Assembly: GCF_001194135.2 (NCBI RefSeq)
Contig: NC_068989.1
Span: 81,052,897 to 81,116,896, forward strand
DNA: 64,000 nt
Direction: 5' to 3'
Origin: Octopus bimaculoides
Lineage: Eukaryota
Shown here piece after piece: positions 39,063-50,533 of the stretch (position 1 is the first letter of the stretch; each line of letters starts with the position of its first letter). The translations under genes and the position numbers were made by a program. The notes below the pieces were generated by a model. It saw only the letters and a program-made list of their open reading frames with translations. It searched no databases and was not told where the DNA came from.

Positions 39063-39305
39063 AATCGTCATCATCATCATTATCATTATCATCATCATCA
39101 TCATTATCATCACTGCTTTCACCACCACCACCATCACCACTGCCGCCGCCACCACCACCACCACCACCGCCACCAGTGTATACCGTTTTTACTTAATTTC
39201 TTTCTTTCCCTTTTTTTCATCCTTTCGTTATATATAGACCCCAACACTTTATGTCTGTCTTTGTATTGTACCCCTCACCCTTTACCCTTGAGACAAATAA
39301 ATGAA

Positions 39306-39358
<53 letters not shown>

Positions 39359-39369
39359 CATTATTATTA

Positions 39370-39590
39370 AAGCAGCAAGATGGCTGAATTCTTAGCATGC
39401 CAGGTGAAAAGCTTAGTGGTATTTTATCTGCCACAATGTTCTGAGTTCAAATTCTGCTAAGGTTGACTTTGCCTTACATCCTTTTCGGGGTCATTAATTT
39501 AAGTACCTGTGAAACACTAATTCAATGTAATCGACTATCCCCCTTCCCCAAATTTCAGACCTTGTGCCTATATTAGAAAGGATCGTTATT
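39370..39590 (+). mobile_element. SINE family A copy beside an (ATT)n tract
   Basis: Family A core; (ATT)n at 39305-39367. Confidence 0.75.
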
Positions 39591-42500
39591 ATTGTCATTA
39601 CTCAGGCATAGTGTATCTAGAATTACATAATCCTATGTGTTCTTCATCTTAAGGTCAAGTGTGCAATGAACTGTAGTGTAAGTATTGATGACACCATAGA
39701 CTTATCAAAGACATCCCAGCTGTGACTGTTATCATTCTTAAAGCACTCAACACTTGATTTATGAGTGAAAGCTAAGCATTCAGCAGCTAAAAGATAGCAA
39801 GCTTGTGTGGTAGAACGAGCACAGCTTGAACATTTAACATGGATACAGTAAATTTTTCTGTTTCTGTTTCAGTATTTGCATAGAGAAAATTTCTTGTTTA
39901 GATTTTGTTTAAATTTGTTATCATGTAATTTATGGTGTCGTCATCATTGTCGTCATCGTCATCATCATCATTAAAGTCATCGTCGTCGTCATCATCTTCA
40001 TCATCATCATCATCATCATCACTTTAATGACCACTTTTCTAAGCTTGCATAGGTCAGAGAGAATTCATTGAGATAGATTTTCTAAGGGTGGATGCCCTTC
40101 CTGTGCTCAACTCTAAACTTTTTCCAAGTAAGGCAATATTTTTGCTTGGGCTGAACATGTTTGCACAGAAGATTGGAAATTTGTCACATTGTTTGGTTGA
40201 TGGGTGTCACTTACAACTCTCAAGTAATGTCAACACAAGGAGACACAAACACTCACACATACATGCACATATACACATACATACTTACATATATACATAT
40301 ACATAATACATACATAGATGAATAAATATANNNNNNNNNNNNNNNNNNNNNNNNNNNNNNNNNNNNNNNNNNNNNNNNNNNNNNNNNNNNNNNNNNNNNN
40401 NNNNNNNNNNNNNNNNNNNNNNNNNNNNNNNNNNNNNNNNNNNNNNNNNNNNNNNNNNNNNNNATATATATATATATATATAAACATAAATCTCTCTCTC
40501 ACTCTCTCTCTCTATATATATATGTGTGTGTATTCAATGATTTCCTTGAAGTTTTTGTTTGCTAAATACATTCATAACGCTTTGGTTAGCTTGGGGTTAC
40601 TGTAGAAAACACTTGTCCAAGGTGCCACACAGTAGGACTGAACCCAAAATTATGTGGTTGGGAAATAAACTTCTTAACTACTCAGCCACACTCGGTAAAT
40701 TATTTTCCAAGCAATACATGACTATAAAATATAGTTTGATGTACATTTTTCAATGACAGCTTGAATTAAATGGCTCTGAAAACTTTTTAGCGTTTACAGT
40801 TTGAAATAGATATTTTTAAATTGTTTTCTTTTTAAAACTAATTTAAATGCTGAACATCGAAAGCAATTAACTGGTATCAATTTTCCAGTATGTTTGATGG
40901 GAGAAAATCATTGATTTTACTGAGTTACTTTGAAGCTTTGACATAGTAGACCAGCACTTTAACTATTTCTCATTTTTTTTTATGGCATAGATATAATGTT
41001 AAGAATAACATCCTCCAGCCACCATAAAATAGTTTCAATTCTATCACTACAACAGTTGCTATCAACAACAACAGCAACGACCCGAGAACACTAGCTAATG
41101 AGTGAGCCAGTGTATCAAATCTTTCTCAGATCAGACATGGTTATCTGATAAAAAAAGAATACATTTTGGATAATGTAGTCCTAGATTTACTATGCCTGAA
41201 TAAAATAGACAGGGATGGTTAGAGCTGAAATGCTTTGGTTATAGATTTGCTTGTTATCAGGTCTAATTAGGGCTCTAAGACAACAACTGCAAACTGGGAG
41301 CATGTGGGTTCACAAATGAAATAACACAAAAAGGATATATATAGAGAGATGCTTAAATGTAGAATCACTCGAACAATAGCAAAATAACTATTAAACTAGG
41401 ATGACGATTATGATGAAATAATCATAGAAATAGACATAGCACTGATATTAATGGTTTGCACTGTAGTGAGGCCAAGAATCAAAACATAATAGTTTTTGTA
41501 ACTTAGATCAGATCCACTTAGATCAGGTGACATACTCTGGATGTCAACCAATCAGTTTACCTCATATTATTGAATGTTCCAATTGTTCCAGTATGCATAG
41601 GGGTTATAAAAGTAAAAGTGCACCAGAATCAGTGCAGAGGCTCGAGAAGGTTTCAAAGAAGATAGACAAACACAAGATTATTGGCCCTTGTGTTTAAAAG
41701 ATTTACTTCATTTCTAATGCACTTCTCCGAGCATGTACCATGAACACAATATCTTCACTTCTCACCACATAAATAAGTAGGTAGCCAATTCTTAGTCCCA
41801 AATAAACAAGAGGCATGCATACGTTGTACGGACAACAAGTTTATAAGAGACAAGTTTCTAGGATACTATTTGGTCCATGGTTAAATGAATCGCAAACTAT
41901 GAAGAACAGAGTATTTTCTCCCACCTCTCATATGAAGCATATCTTTTCAGTTATTAATGTGAGTATAAACTACATTTGCTTCTAGCACACCACAGTACAC
42001 GACCAGCAAGCAACTTTGAAATTATGCAAATTTTGTGATATACTTCAGTAAAAATAAATATTAGCCAAACAATGTTTGGAGTTGGTTTTATTATGGGACA
42101 GCAGCACACAGCCTTGATATCAAAACAGTATATCAAGACATATCAGACCAACCCAAAAGTAGAATATACTTTGTAATATCTAGTTTGTAAGCATCATTGT
42201 TAGTTTGATAGAATAATCATAATTTTTTTAACGCAGTATTAAATCAAAATAGTCATGTATGTATCATATCTAATGTATACACACTGTTGATAGGCCTTTA
42301 CGGCAGTATTTGTCCTGGGGTAATATTACTTATGGACATGCTGTGTTAAATGTGCAATCAACATTTGAGGTAGACCAGACTAAAACTCATCACAGCAGTC
42401 ACTACCAAGAGTGTCCAATGCATTTCAGCCATTTTGGGCCTTTGCAATGACATGAACTTACAAATAGTCACATGATCAGAGGAGAATTCATCACCTATGA

Positions 42501-43264
42501 TATAGGAACAAATGAATAAAACATTCTCTGATGTGAATGGTGACCAGGTAGTGTACAAATCTGGTATAAACAAGTGAAGCAGTATTAAATTAAAATAGAC
42601 CAGTTATCAAGATGTTTGTCTTGAGATAACATCATTTATCAATGTGTTAGGTCAAAATGCATCTAGTGTTCTCACTGGCCACATGCTGAGACGAATTTTC
42701 ACTTCCCTCTGATATTTATTGTGTTTTTAACACAGCAAGACCATAACAGATGTTACATTAAGACAAACACTGCAGTAACTAACCTATTGACAGTGTGTAT
42801 ACATTAAGTATCATACATAAGTATCATATATATATATATATATTTGAAGGTTTGGAGGTGATGTACAGAAATTATATAGAAAAAAATTAATTAAGGTACT
42901 CAGAAACCTAGATGTTTGTACATTTACAGATTTTTATTAATGTCACATATTAAATGAAGCACGTTTCACCTAGTCGTGTAGGTTTTTCAAATTGTATGTA
43001 TGTATATATATATACATATATACATACATACACACACTCACTCACATACATACATATCTATCAATCTATCTATCATGTTTTGTTCCTTTTACTGTTTAGT
43101 CAGAGAGAGTGAGCAGAGCCTATGAATCTTTGTTTTGTCAGAGCCTCTGAGACTGGTACGAAGAACAAGAAAATTATCATCAAATTGGAGACCTAACCCA
43201 TACTTTTGCAAGTGTCTGACAGAATGCTTAATAGCTTTTAAAGAAAACTTTCTTTAAATATTGT

Positions 43265-43275
43265 GACTATATCAA

Positions 43276-43313
<38 letters not shown>

Positions 43314-43324
43314 TTGATATAGTC
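43265..43324. repeat. Perfect 60-bp palindrome: 12-bp arms around (TA)18
   Basis: GACTATATCAAG-(TA)18-CTTGATATAGTC. Confidence 0.92.
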
Positions 43325-43722
43325 TCATTCAGAGATTTAAATCTAGTTGTTTTTCTCCTTACAAGATCAGTGACTGTGTGTCACTAAAAAGTGAATAAGA
43401 TCGAGTAGCTGCTATCTCTAGTCAGTGGTTCTCCAGTACCAAAGATGGGAAGTTACCCAGAAACCATTGGTCTACTGGTACCATATAGCTAGAAAGGAGT
43501 AGTAAGCTCCCCTACTCACAGTATCTTAGACACAGATCATATGTTGATAACCAGCTGGAAAAGATGTTTCCCTGGGGTTAAATAGTAGTGACATAGTCCT
43601 ATGTAGGACTGCCACTTTACGTTGGCAAATAGACTTTATACACACACACAAACACACACACACAGATGCATGCACACACACTCACATACATACATATCTA
43701 TCAATCTATCTATGTATGTATG

Positions 43723-43772
<50 letters not shown>

Positions 43773-44964
43773 TACATAGAGATACAATGGCCTTTGTATT
43801 CTATGGACGTCTATCAAGACGTTGGTTGGCCCAGGGTTACAGAAAACACTTGCCCAAGGTGCTATACAGTTGTACTAAACCAAGAATCATATGACTGTGT
43901 ATTGAACATCTTAATCACTCAACCATGCTTTCTGTATGAAAAATCAATTTCCTTTTAATATATTATTCAAGTATGTAAATAACATTAGACAAAACAAAGC
44001 AAGATAATTCATCTTGATGCATATTTGATATAATTTATGTTATCCAAAGTAATAACAATGCAAGCAACATGAATGACAATGGCTTGCAATCACAGATTAA
44101 AGATATGAATCAGTTGGTAGAATGCACCTTATGTTCTTTACATTCACTCAGTTTGGTTGGAAAATATTCTGATAAATGCTTTCTTAAAGCAATGCTTTTT
44201 TCTATAACTATGTTGTTTTCTTTATTCAAATGTTCTAATGACTGTTTCAAAGAAGCAATACATTTTCTTATTTCCTTCTTTTTTTCTTGTTTTGTAGCAA
44301 TGCTTTTTTCTTTATTCTAATATTCTGATGAATGTTTTCATGAAGTAAAGCTCTTTTCTTTGACGTTGTTCAAAATCTATTCAAATTTTTGTCAGCTTTT
44401 ACATATCATTAGCATTTCTTTTTATGTTGCATTATCTAAATGAGACACTGGTTTGCCAGTTGTGAAGAGGTTTTTGTCAGATGCCAAGTAGCTAGCTTGT
44501 ACAGTTGCCACAAAGATACTTTTACAGAAATTTTCAGCTATAGAGTTTTGAATATCATTTCAGATAACAAGGAACAAAATACAGATTGTCTTTTATATGC
44601 ATGAGGGTGGCTTTCAACAACGAAGAAGTTGTAATTAAGAATATTAATCATATTATATTCACTCAGTTCAGTTGGAAAATATTCTGATAGATGTTTCCTA
44701 GAAACAATGTTTGAAATCAAGTACTACTACAGTTTCAGGCAGTATTCTTGCCATTATACTTTGTATGTTTCCATGTTAACAATTATTCACATCAAACTCT
44801 TCTATCTTTCCCTCTCTAAGGACATTTAACTTTGCATATGGAAGCCAACCAACAATGTTTCCCATCTCAATAATAACAAATTTCCTGACCCTGCCAGCAA
44901 CTAGTCTGTAATCCTACATTGTATCTCAAAAGTTATGTTTCAAAGTCTAAAAGTCTAATTTATA

Positions 44965-45160
44965 GGAGCTGTGACTGTGCAGTAAGAAGTTTGCTGTACA
45001 GGTACAGGTGTAGCTGTGTGGTAAGAAGTTTGCTTCCAAACCATATGGTTCCAAGCTCAGTCCCACTGCATGGCACCTTGGGCAAGTGTCTTCTACTATA
45101 GCCTCAGGCCAACCAAAGCCTTGTGATAGATGGAATCTGAAAGAAGCTTCTTTCAGATTC
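44965..45160 (+). mobile_element. SINE family B with duplicated head
   Basis: AGCTGTGACTGTGCAGTAAGAAGTTTGCT followed by AGCTGTGTGGTAAGAAGTTTGCTTCC..CCTTGGGCAAGTGTCTTCTACTATAGCC. Confidence 0.8.
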
Positions 45161-46084
45161 CATATATTGAGTTGTCCCATAAATAATGCAATTTTTTCAA
45201 TTGCATGAATTAAAAGTTGGAGTGGGGTGGGATAAGCTACCTGTATCAGCTTGTTTTCGGCAATTTAATACCTTATAAGCAGAATTTAATAGATAAAACT
45301 GCAAAGCTGCCTGTTCAATATATCACCATCATCATCACCATCATCATCAGCAGCAGCATTTAATGTTCATCTTCCATGCTGGCATGAGGTGGATGGTTTT
45401 ACAGGAGCTGGCAAACTAGTGGGCTGTGCCAAGTTCTACTTTCTGTTTTGGCATGGTTTCTACAACTAGATGCCCTTCCTAATGTCAAAGTGAAAGTGGT
45501 TTCTTTAGCAAAAAGGAAGAAATCTAATTTTATTATTTTTGACTCTTCAAAAAAAATGTATGAAATCATGACCAACTAACAACAACAACACTCAATTTGT
45601 GCCTTTGGAATCTCAAAAGGTCTTTAAAATCTGATCTATCTCCATATTCTTCAAAGAATGTTGTGAAAGAGTGATCATGTTATCCTGTCTACACAAAAGT
45701 ATTTTATAGAAAAGGTTAATCCTTCTTAAATTCTTATATCAGTACACATGATCTTTTAAGCATTGTAAAGGAAAATTCAATTCTTTGGTAATGGGTCAAT
45801 GTCACAGTAAAGCAAAATGCATATGGAAACTTCAAAGTAAAGTGAAATATGAAATAGGTATAAGCAATTTATTTACTTACTGGCATGCAAAATTGAGATG
45901 TGCCAACTCAATGACATATTTGCATAGTAAATAACATAGCAAGAAAAATCTGTAGATCAAATTGTCTGTTCACGAAGCTATAAAAAAAAAAATTTCTTAC
46001 TTAATCCCAAAGTCTATTTTTACAAAACTGTGTGTGTACACAACAAGAAAGAGCAAATACTCATAGAAAAGAAGGTATATTTTC

Positions 46085-46146
46085 TTTTGATGTGCATGTG
46101 TGTGCAAACGTGTGTATGTGTGTGTGTAAATGTGTGTGTACTTGTA

Positions 46147-46191
<45 letters not shown>

Positions 46192-46265
46192 CTGAATGTG
46201 TATATGTGTGTGAATGTATGAGTGTTTGTGTGTGTGAATATGTCTCTGTGTGTATATGTGTATGA

Positions 46266-46333
<68 letters not shown>
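46085..46333. repeat. Long imperfect (TG)n microsatellite
   Basis: Seen directly in the sequence. Confidence 0.95.
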
Positions 46334-46336
<3 letters not shown>

Positions 46337-47759
46337 GTATCAAGGAAAAGAAGAATTTAGTTTACTTGTCAAAATTCCTCAAGCTTTTTGTGGCTAGCTA
46401 AGCTTAGTTGAGATAGGGTAAAAGATAAAAGCCAAAAATAAGGAGAGTTAGAGAGATGTCTTGATCAGTTGTTAGTAACATTTTGCAGTTCTTGTTTTAA
46501 TGAATTGTCTGTGGTACAAGTTGAATTGCCCAAGCTCTGTGTCTCTTTCCATTTCTCATATGGAAAACATGTCTTACATAAGGCCTGTAGCAAGTCTGCA
46601 TAATTTGAATGCTCAACTTTTTAGTTTTCAAGAAAAAAAATTTTATTAAACAACAATTAGTGTTTTAGCAGATTGAGTAATGACATCAGCAAAAATCTGC
46701 CAAATGAAATTATATGCAAACATGTCCTAAATTTTCAAGTGATGTCACCACAGATCTGTCCACTTAGATTTGTTCTGGAGTGTATAAAACATGACCAGAT
46801 CTGAAAAGACAAAGCTTGACAGGCTGACAGTCTGGATGTCAGGAGTTTAGTGATGTTCAACAGTGAAACATAATGGCTGGCAAATTCTTGTATTTGGCAG
46901 AATCTCCACTGTCAAAATGTTGTGTTGCAAAAAAGACTGTCTATACAAACACTAGTACATTCATCCCTTTCACAGGTATATTTTTGCCTCTCTTAACATA
47001 CATTCCTACTACTATGAACAGGGCTCTCATATATCACTTTATTTTCTTTTCTTGGGACTGCTACATTTTACACAAATTTGTAACAGCTAAATAGATGATG
47101 AATTGAAAAATATACAACAATTCTAATTCATCCCATTTCATTATTGTTAAAGGCCCAATATTTTGCATTTATTAATGTTAACAACCAGAATTCAGAGAAC
47201 TATATTGATTCTTTCAGTTCAAGAAAACTTCCTGCCATCAATAACTTTTTCTTTGTGTCATCTGCTTCTTCAGTGGCCATTTATATATACTCTTTTTCAG
47301 TTGTTGGAGCAATATGGCATTAGAAAGGGCATTGGTGCCCTTCCAGCCATAAAAATTATGCCAAAACAGACAGTGGACCTTAGTGCAGCCCTCTGAATTG
47401 CCAGTTCATATCAAACCATCCAACATATGCCAGTATAGAAGAGGATGTTAAATGATGATGATGAATTCTGAATATTGTAGTTTTTGAGTGTGAGTGATCA
47501 GAAGGTTTCAGTTTCAAATCCTGGTCAGGTTCCTACTGCAGGTATGACATAATGTATAGAAAAACTAAACATCGGAAAATAGTAAAAAATAAAGTTTCCA
47601 GATTTCCAAGATACCGGGACAGAATTTCAAAATGGGTGGGAAAACAGGTTAATGTTGCTAAACTGAGATGTACAGCAATCTTGAAGGATTTTAGTCAAGT
47701 TGGGGAGGCAGGGAAACAAAGACACAAAGGCACGCACACACTCACACACACACACACAA

Positions 47760-47930
47760 TATACATATACGACAGGCTTCTTTCAATTTCCAACTACCAA
47801 ATCCACTCACAATACTTTGGTCGGCCTAAAGCTATAGTGGAAGACACTTGCCCAAGGTGCCATGCAGTGGGATTGAACCTGGAACTATGTGGTTGGGAAG
47901 CAAGCTTCCTACCACACAGTCACACCTGTG
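47760..47930 (-). mobile_element. SINE family B 5' half
   Basis: Reverse complement of the family B head and body. Confidence 0.85.
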
Positions 47931-47946
47931 CCTTTGAAAGAATATA

Positions 47947-47981
<35 letters not shown>

Positions 47982-47982
<1 letters not shown>

Positions 47983-48337
47983 AGTTGGAGTCAACAAAGA
48001 GGAGTACAGTTGGACATTTATTTGTAATCACTACAATTGTTTCCACACAACATAGTTCTCCAGGCTTGCAGGTATTTGGTTATGCAACCATTTACCTGCA
48101 TTATGAGATCTAGTTGTGCTTCCTCAGGCTGCGATAGACAGAAAAGATGAGCTTGAAGTTGAGAATTTGAGGTTAAAGAACCAATGTTTATATCACCTGA
48201 GGAAGCACAACTAGATCTAATAACGTAGGGAAACAGTTACATAACCAAACATCTGCAAACCTGGAGAACTACATTGCATGGAAACAAATTGTGATTACAA
48301 ATAAATGTCCAACTGTACTCCTTGTTGACTCCAACTT
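47982..48337. mobile_element. Inverted-repeat element with ~145-bp divergent arms, probably a truncated Penelope-like element with an inverted pseudo-LTR
   Basis: 47982-48128 and 48196-48337 are reverse complements (roughly 80-85% by eye) around a 67-nt spacer. Read outward, each arm begins CCTGAGGAAG and carries AATAAA (48300-48305) about 30 nt from its end; the right arm also has GAAAC. The inverted repeat is certain; the PLE assignment is inference. Confidence 0.6.
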
Positions 48338-49026
48338 TTTCAGTTATCCATTCACCCACTAGAGAAGCCCCAACGCAGCACTGGGTGAGATCTGAAGATG
48401 GACGAGTTTTAGACTATACTCTACTACACTCTTAACAAAACATAACCTAACAATATACATATTATCGTGTTCTCTATACATTCAATATATGGAATTGTGT
48501 TTGTTTTTATTTTTTAATTCTAAACAATTTCCATTCCTAATCACCTTTATTAACTGCCGAACATTGATCACAAATGGTTGCTCCAGTGTCTCGTCGTCAG
48601 CATAAGAACCACTATAATAAGATCGCGTAGTCAATCTGATAATCCTTATTTGTAATAGTTACACTTATAATTTTCCGAAGACTTCGCGGTTGTTTTACTA
48701 CACATTAAAACAAAAAGAATTTGATTTGATATTATACAATACGAAACAAAATTTCAAATAACGAGGAATTGTCGCCTGCGTCATGGTTTGTTTCAATAAT
48801 GTCCATATACAATACGTCTTCACGAAACCGTTATTTTGAATTTCGAAAAAAATCTATTGATATTATTTAACAATTTTTTTTTTTTAGCAAAAAAGAAAGA
48901 TGATAGATGGATGAAGCAAATATTGCGAGGATTTTCATAGTCAAAACTTTACTCAACGTGTAAATCTTTATAATATACATGCTTTAGAGAATCGGTGAAC
49001 TTTTATAGCATTTGGCTTAGAACGTC

Positions 49027-50028
49027 ATGGAGGATTCCAGCATAGAAATAGCAAGGAGAAATGCTCGTTTGAAAACGTGTACCATTAAAAATCACAAATC
49101 AGTTCGTAAGCTAAGTGATCGTCACATTAATATCTACAATAAGAATCATTTATTTTGGAATTTCAGTAAATTATCAGTCGACTCCTTGCAGACGAGTGAC
49201 CGGAGCCATCTTAAACAAAGTCATCCTCAGCAGGAAGGTGTGGTTGACAATAATAGTTTATCTGATTTTTCGGAAGAAAATGTCAGTTGTGCTTCCAATT
49301 TCTGTATTAACAGCACTCCAGTGGAAAATGGAAAAAATATTTGTATAGAAAATATATCTCTGTCTCCCATAGGTTTGAAAGAAGTGTCAATCAATCAACA
49401 GAATATACGATTTGCTTCTCCCGGTCTTTGCAAACGTAACCAAGTTTCATGTAATGTATCAAAGAAACAGAATAAAAAAGAGAAGCATTTATCTAGTAAA
49501 AAAGAAATATCTGAAAAAGAAAACAACCCTTTATTGACAGCAAAACAATATAACAGTCGTACATGTCGAATACGTAAAATCGATGGTGATGATGGAGGAA
49601 CTGCCATTGGGAATTGTTTTAATATTCGCCGCTCTGAAGAATCTTCTTCTAAAGCAACACAACAGAAAAATGCTGGGAATGTGTCATTTGCTTCAAAATA
49701 TAAACTGAAGTCGTCTTTAAAAAATTGTAACGCGAAAGCTCTGACTACAAGCAAATCCGTTAGATTCAATGACAAAGTAATTACATTAATGGATTCATTA
49801 AACGACGAATTGATAATATCTGAAGAATCCCTTGATAGTTTTGGCAATGGCAATAGCATAGGCCGAAACAGGAATTCGAGTGGAACCTCAACGAAACTCA
49901 ACAGGGAAAACCACGATGTTACTAACCCGAAGAACAAAGGTAAACATAACGTAGACTTGATTGAATGCTTCGAAAATACTAAAAAGAAGAAAATGTGGAA
50001 TAGGTTTGCACAGTTCTTCCATTCTTAG
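49027..50028 (+). CDS. Uncharacterised 333-aa Ser/Asn/Lys-rich protein, single ORF, with candidate PP1-docking motifs
   Basis: 1002-nt non-repetitive open frame in about 34% GC DNA, which is very unlikely by chance; GTCATGG start context; no transposase, RT or integrase motifs; contains SSLK..KSVRF..VITL and the C-terminus KKKMWNRFAQFFHS. Confidence 0.8.
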   Translation: MEDSSIEIARRNARLKTCTIKNHKSVRKLSDRHINIYNKNHLFWNFSKLSVDSLQTSDRSHLKQSHPQQEGVVDNNSLSDFSEENVSCASNFCINSTPVENGKNICIENISLSPIGLKEVSINQQNIRFASPGLCKRNQVSCNVSKKQNKKEKHLSSKKEISEKENNPLLTAKQYNSRTCRIRKIDGDDGGTAIGNCFNIRRSEESSSKATQQKNAGNVSFASKYKLKSSLKNCNAKALTTSKSVRFNDKVITLMDSLNDELIISEESLDSFGNGNSIGRNRNSSGTSTKLNRENHDVTNPKNKGKHNVDLIECFENTKKKKMWNRFAQFFHS

Positions 50029-50330
50029 TTTTAAACCACTTGATTATTTTTAAAGAACAAATCCTCCAGCAAAAATGTAGCCTTGTAGGCAAAACCTAAG
50101 GCTCACCCAGTTAATTCCGTACTTGTTTTGAAATCTACAATTAATGAATTAATTAATTAACCAGAAGAATATTCCTTTAACGCACTTAAATCGTTAATTT
50201 TAAGCTGCCAAAAATTTACTTTCAACGCGAGCAAGAAAAGGGAATTATTTTCTGAAATTTTGTTAAGTATAATTTCGTTGTTATAGTTTCGACTCTTGGT
50301 CATCCCTGATGGAACAGCAGACCTATAATC

Positions 50331-50533
50331 GGTAATTTTTCAGATTAACACCCGCACGATCTTCACTAGGGTTTTAGGGTTAAGGTTGTAGGGTTTCAGT
50401 TAGGGAATTCCGTCCCTAACCGCAACCCTAACTCTAACCCTAAACACTAGCCCTAACCCTAAAACTCTAACCTTGACTCTAAAACCCTAACCCCCTAGTG
50501 AAGATCGTGCGGGTGTTAATCTGAAAAATTACC
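50331..50533. mobile_element. 203-bp MITE with 41-bp perfect TIRs, an 8-bp TSD and telomere-like interior (Merlin-like or hAT/P-like)
   Basis: TIR GGTAATTTTTCAGATTAACACCCGCACGATCTTCACTAGGG (50331-50371; reverse complement 50493-50533); TSD CTATAATC at 50323-50330 and 50534-50541. Confidence 0.92.

Noticed and set aside
17126-46343. Numerous ORF-track entries with poly-H, poly-M, YI, CV, LS or X runs
   Set aside because: These are translations of microsatellites and N gaps, not genes.
49395-49937. 180-aa antisense ORF overlapping the orphan gene
   Set aside because: Explained as a shadow of the plus-strand coding frame; no independent features.
50372-50492. A genuine ancestral telomere fusion site
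   Set aside because: The repeats are short, degenerate and enclosed by TIRs and a TSD, so they arrived as transposon cargo.
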